Shown piece by piece: positions 61,566 to 64,000 of a stretch of 64,000 nt of DNA. A model generated the notes under the pieces. That model saw only the letters and a program-made list of their open reading frames with translations, was not told where the DNA came from and did no database searches. The translations under genes and the position numbers were made by a program. Numbering within the stretch: the first letter of the stretch is position 1; the number at the start of each line of letters is the position of its first letter. This stretch comes from Nitrospirota bacterium (GTDB lineage Bacteria > Nitrospirota > UBA9217): assembly GCA_963845065.1 (NCBI GenBank), contig CAWJQQ010000001.1, positions 384,001 through 448,000 on the forward strand, in the 5' to 3' direction.

Positions 61566-64000
61566 TTAAATATTGAGCATCCTGTTTAATACCTCTCTGA
61601 GAGCGTTAACATCATAGGGTTTATTCATAAAAGCTTTGAATCCCTGCTTTTCGTAGTTCGCCGTGACGGAATCATCGGAGTATCCGCTCGATACGACTGC
61701 CTTAACATTAGGGTCCGTTTTGAGTAACTGCTGAACCGTTTCCAAACCACCCATCCCGCCCCGGATCGTAAGGTCCAGGATTACAACATCGAACGGCCGT
61801 TGCCCTTTGAGCGCGGCCTTGTACATTTCAATAGCTTCATCTCCATTCTTTGCGAACTCCACTTCATGTCCCAAGGCAATTATTAATTCACCGGCTACAT
61901 CACGGACGAGCTTTTCGTCATCCATAATTAGGATCCTCCCTGTATATTCCGCTTTAGACAGAAGGGTCTGTTCGATTTGTTTTTCATGCTGCACCGCTAC
62001 GGTAGTCGCAGGAAGGTAGATTGTGAAAATCGTCCCTTTCCCCAGTTCTGACTTTACATTGATCAAGCCGTTATGATTCCTTATGATGGAATAGGAGGTC
62101 GCAAGGCCCAGGCCGCTGCCTTTTTCCTTAGTTGTAAAATAAGGGTCGAATATCCTGTCTAGATATTCTGCCGCTATCCCGATACCACTGTCTCCTATGG
62201 CAACCTCTACATATTTATCTTTCTTTAAAAGTTGAGGAAGGTCCTTGTTGGGAGCTTGAATATTCTTGGCCCTGATCTCGACTCGTCCGCCGACCGGCAT
62301 TGCTTGGTCCGCATTCAGAATGATGTTCTGGATCACCTGGCCGATCTGGCCTTCGTCCACATCGGCCCACCACAGATTATCGTCGGCTACGATGTGGCTT
62401 TCGGACCGCGATCCACTCAAGGCAAAGCGGGTGGCGTTCTCGATCACCAGGCGTAGGTTCGCCGGTTTCCTCACCGGCTTGCCTCCTTTGGAAAAGGTCA
62501 AAAGCTGGGTCGTGAGATTAACTGACTGATGCAGGGCTTTCTCGGCTTGTTCCAGGGCTGTTGAACTTTTTTCCCTGTTATTCATTGACATTTTCGCCAG
62601 GGAGATGTAACCGAACACACCCTGAAGCAAGTTGTTAAAGTCATGCGCAATGCCGCCTGCAAGTGTGCCGATGGATTCGAGTTTTTGGGTCTTAAGCCGT
62701 TCCTCCTCCAGGAGGTGCTTTTCAGTGATATTGTTGAGCGTCTCGATGACAGAGGTTACGACGCCGGATGCATTTTTGATAGGGAAGGCTTTTGTCTCAA
62801 CATAGAGGAAATTTCCATTGGCATCTTTATGATGATGAAGCGCTGAATGGGGTTTGCCCGTTTCAATTGCCTGGTGTATCGCGCATTCCTCGCCCTCTTC
62901 GTAACATGGCCGGTTGATCTTGTGAGATATCTCATAGCAGTGTCGCCCAATGATCATCTCAGCGCAACTGCCCACCTGGCTGCAGTATGCTTTATTGGCT
63001 GTCAGGATGCGAAAGTTTCGGTCTACGACGATGAAACCTTCGTCAACGGTGTCGAGGATGCCGCGGATGAACTGCTCGCTTTGCCGAATTTTTTCCTCGG
63101 CCTGCTTGCGTTCCGTGATATCCTGAGCGGTGCCAAAGATACTGAGGGCTATACCAGACGTATCACGCCTGGCAACGCCAAAGGCTTCCATCACCCACTC
63201 GCGACCAGAATCATTGATGATCCGGACCGCCACATGGAAGGGAGACGCGTCGCTTTTCAGCGCATTATCGAAATTGGTTTGCATCATTGCATAATCGTTG
63301 GGATGTACCAACCGGGCGAACTCATTAAAAGACGGCACAAAATTCTCAGAGGACTTGTCAAAGAGTTTATACATTGCGTCCGACCAGTATAGCACCTGCG
63401 AGGCAAGGTCCAGGTCCCAGTTTCCCAGTCGAGCGATTTTTTGGGACTCTCGAAGTTGACTTTCGCTCTTTCTGAGCTTTTGTTCAGCCTGCCGTTGCAC
63501 GGTGATGTCAGTGTGCACACCGACAAGGCCGACAATTTTACCTTCTTTATTCTTTATAGGATATGCCCGGAGAAAAATATCTTTTTCGTTTCTATCTTTA
63601 TCTAACATTTTTACTTCGCCTACAAAAGAACCCCCGTTCATAATTATGTCAAAAACTTTCCTTCCTTCTTTTTCATCAGCATATACAGTTGCCGGCGGCC
63701 CTGAAACACCATCTACCTCACGAATAGATAATCCAAACAACTTAGTATAAGCCTCATTTTGATAATAATGCCTTCCATCAGGCGTAGCCATGCCAATTGC
63801 ATCTGTGGCGCTACCCACGGCCATTTGGAAATAAAGCAGCGCCTCTTCCGCCTGCTTGTGCTCGGTGATGTCATGCACTATACTGAAAACACGCATCGGC
63901 TTATCAATTTCATTACGAAATATCCGTCCAGTTTCATGTACGACACGTTCAGTACCGTCTGGTCTAATAATCCTATGTTCAACATCATATGGGATTGATT
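61566..64000 (-). CDS. Multi-PAS hybrid sensor kinase (5' end outside window)
   Basis: Frame open to the window edge; PAS/PAC repeats, AHDFNN, DPYFTTK, ILDLTI receiver. Confidence 0.93.
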   Translation of the reverse strand, partial: SIPYDVEHRIIRPDGTERVVHETGRIFRNEIDKPMRVFSIVHDITEHKQAEEALLYFQMAVGSATDAIGMATPDGRHYYQNEAYTKLFGLSIREVDGVSGPPATVYADEKEGRKVFDIIMNGGSFVGEVKMLDKDRNEKDIFLRAYPIKNKEGKIVGLVGVHTDITVQRQAEQKLRKSESQLRESQKIARLGNWDLDLASQVLYWSDAMYKLFDKSSENFVPSFNEFARLVHPNDYAMMQTNFDNALKSDASPFHVAVRIINDSGREWVMEAFGVARRDTSGIALSIFGTAQDITERKQAEEKIRQSEQFIRGILDTVDEGFIVVDRNFRILTANKAYCSQVGSCAEMIIGRHCYEISHKINRPCYEEGEECAIHQAIETGKPHSALHHHKDANGNFLYVETKAFPIKNASGVVTSVIETLNNITEKHLLEEERLKTQKLESIGTLAGGIAHDFNNLLQGVFGYISLAKMSMNNREKSSTALEQAEKALHQSVNLTTQLLTFSKGGKPVRKPANLRLVIENATRFALSGSRSESHIVADDNLWWADVDEGQIGQVIQNIILNADQAMPVGGRVEIRAKNIQAPNKDLPQLLKKDKYVEVAIGDSGIGIAAEYLDRIFDPYFTTKEKGSGLGLATSYSIIRNHNGLINVKSELGKGTIFTIYLPATTVAVQHEKQIEQTLLSKAEYTGRILIMDDEKLVRDVAGELIIALGHEVEFAKNGDEAIEMYKAALKGQRPFDVVILDLTIRGGMGGLETVQQLLKTDPNVKAVVSSGYSDDSVTANYEKQGFKAFMNKPYDVNALREVLNRMLNI

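Noticed and set aside
1..64000. CRISPR array or cas genes
   Set aside because: No repeat-spacer array seen; the only RuvC nuclease is TnpB inside IS200/IS605 ends

Overview
A 64-kb bacterial chromosomal window rich in insertion sequences and gene remnants. The gene style suggests an anaerobic Nitrospirota- or Desulfobacterota-like organism, but this is inference. The top candidate system is at 11.1-20.2 kb: a PhcB-like SAM methyltransferase, a dedicated type II FAS/PKS set (FabG, His-less CLF-like KS, FabZ, active KS, ACP), a CrtI-like FAD oxidoreductase and a hybrid kinase with a PhcS-like membrane sensor. Together these look like a self-contained fatty-acyl methyl ester signal synthesis and sensing (quorum-sensing-like) locus. 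Other intact modules are a c-di-GMP-I riboswitch ahead of an OYE flavin oxidoreductase, an acyl-CoA ligase/crotonase pair, a LytS/LytTR plus LolA-like/ABC envelope cluster, an isobutyryl-CoA mutase-type icmA-icmB-meaB set, LdtD, an HD-GYP protein and a TPR protein. Mobile DNA includes IS110/IS1111 pieces with bridge-RNA-like ends (one with a 126-bp internal inversion), a tyrosine recombinase plus IS91-type element, a tnpB-only IS200/IS605 element with IS608-like ends, IS481 (intact and decayed), IS5, IS1182 and a 249-bp IS1202-like MITE with a 16-bp target duplication. About ten decayed gene fragments are present. No CRISPR array, rRNA or intact tRNA was seen. All family calls come from motif recognition by eye; no searches were run.
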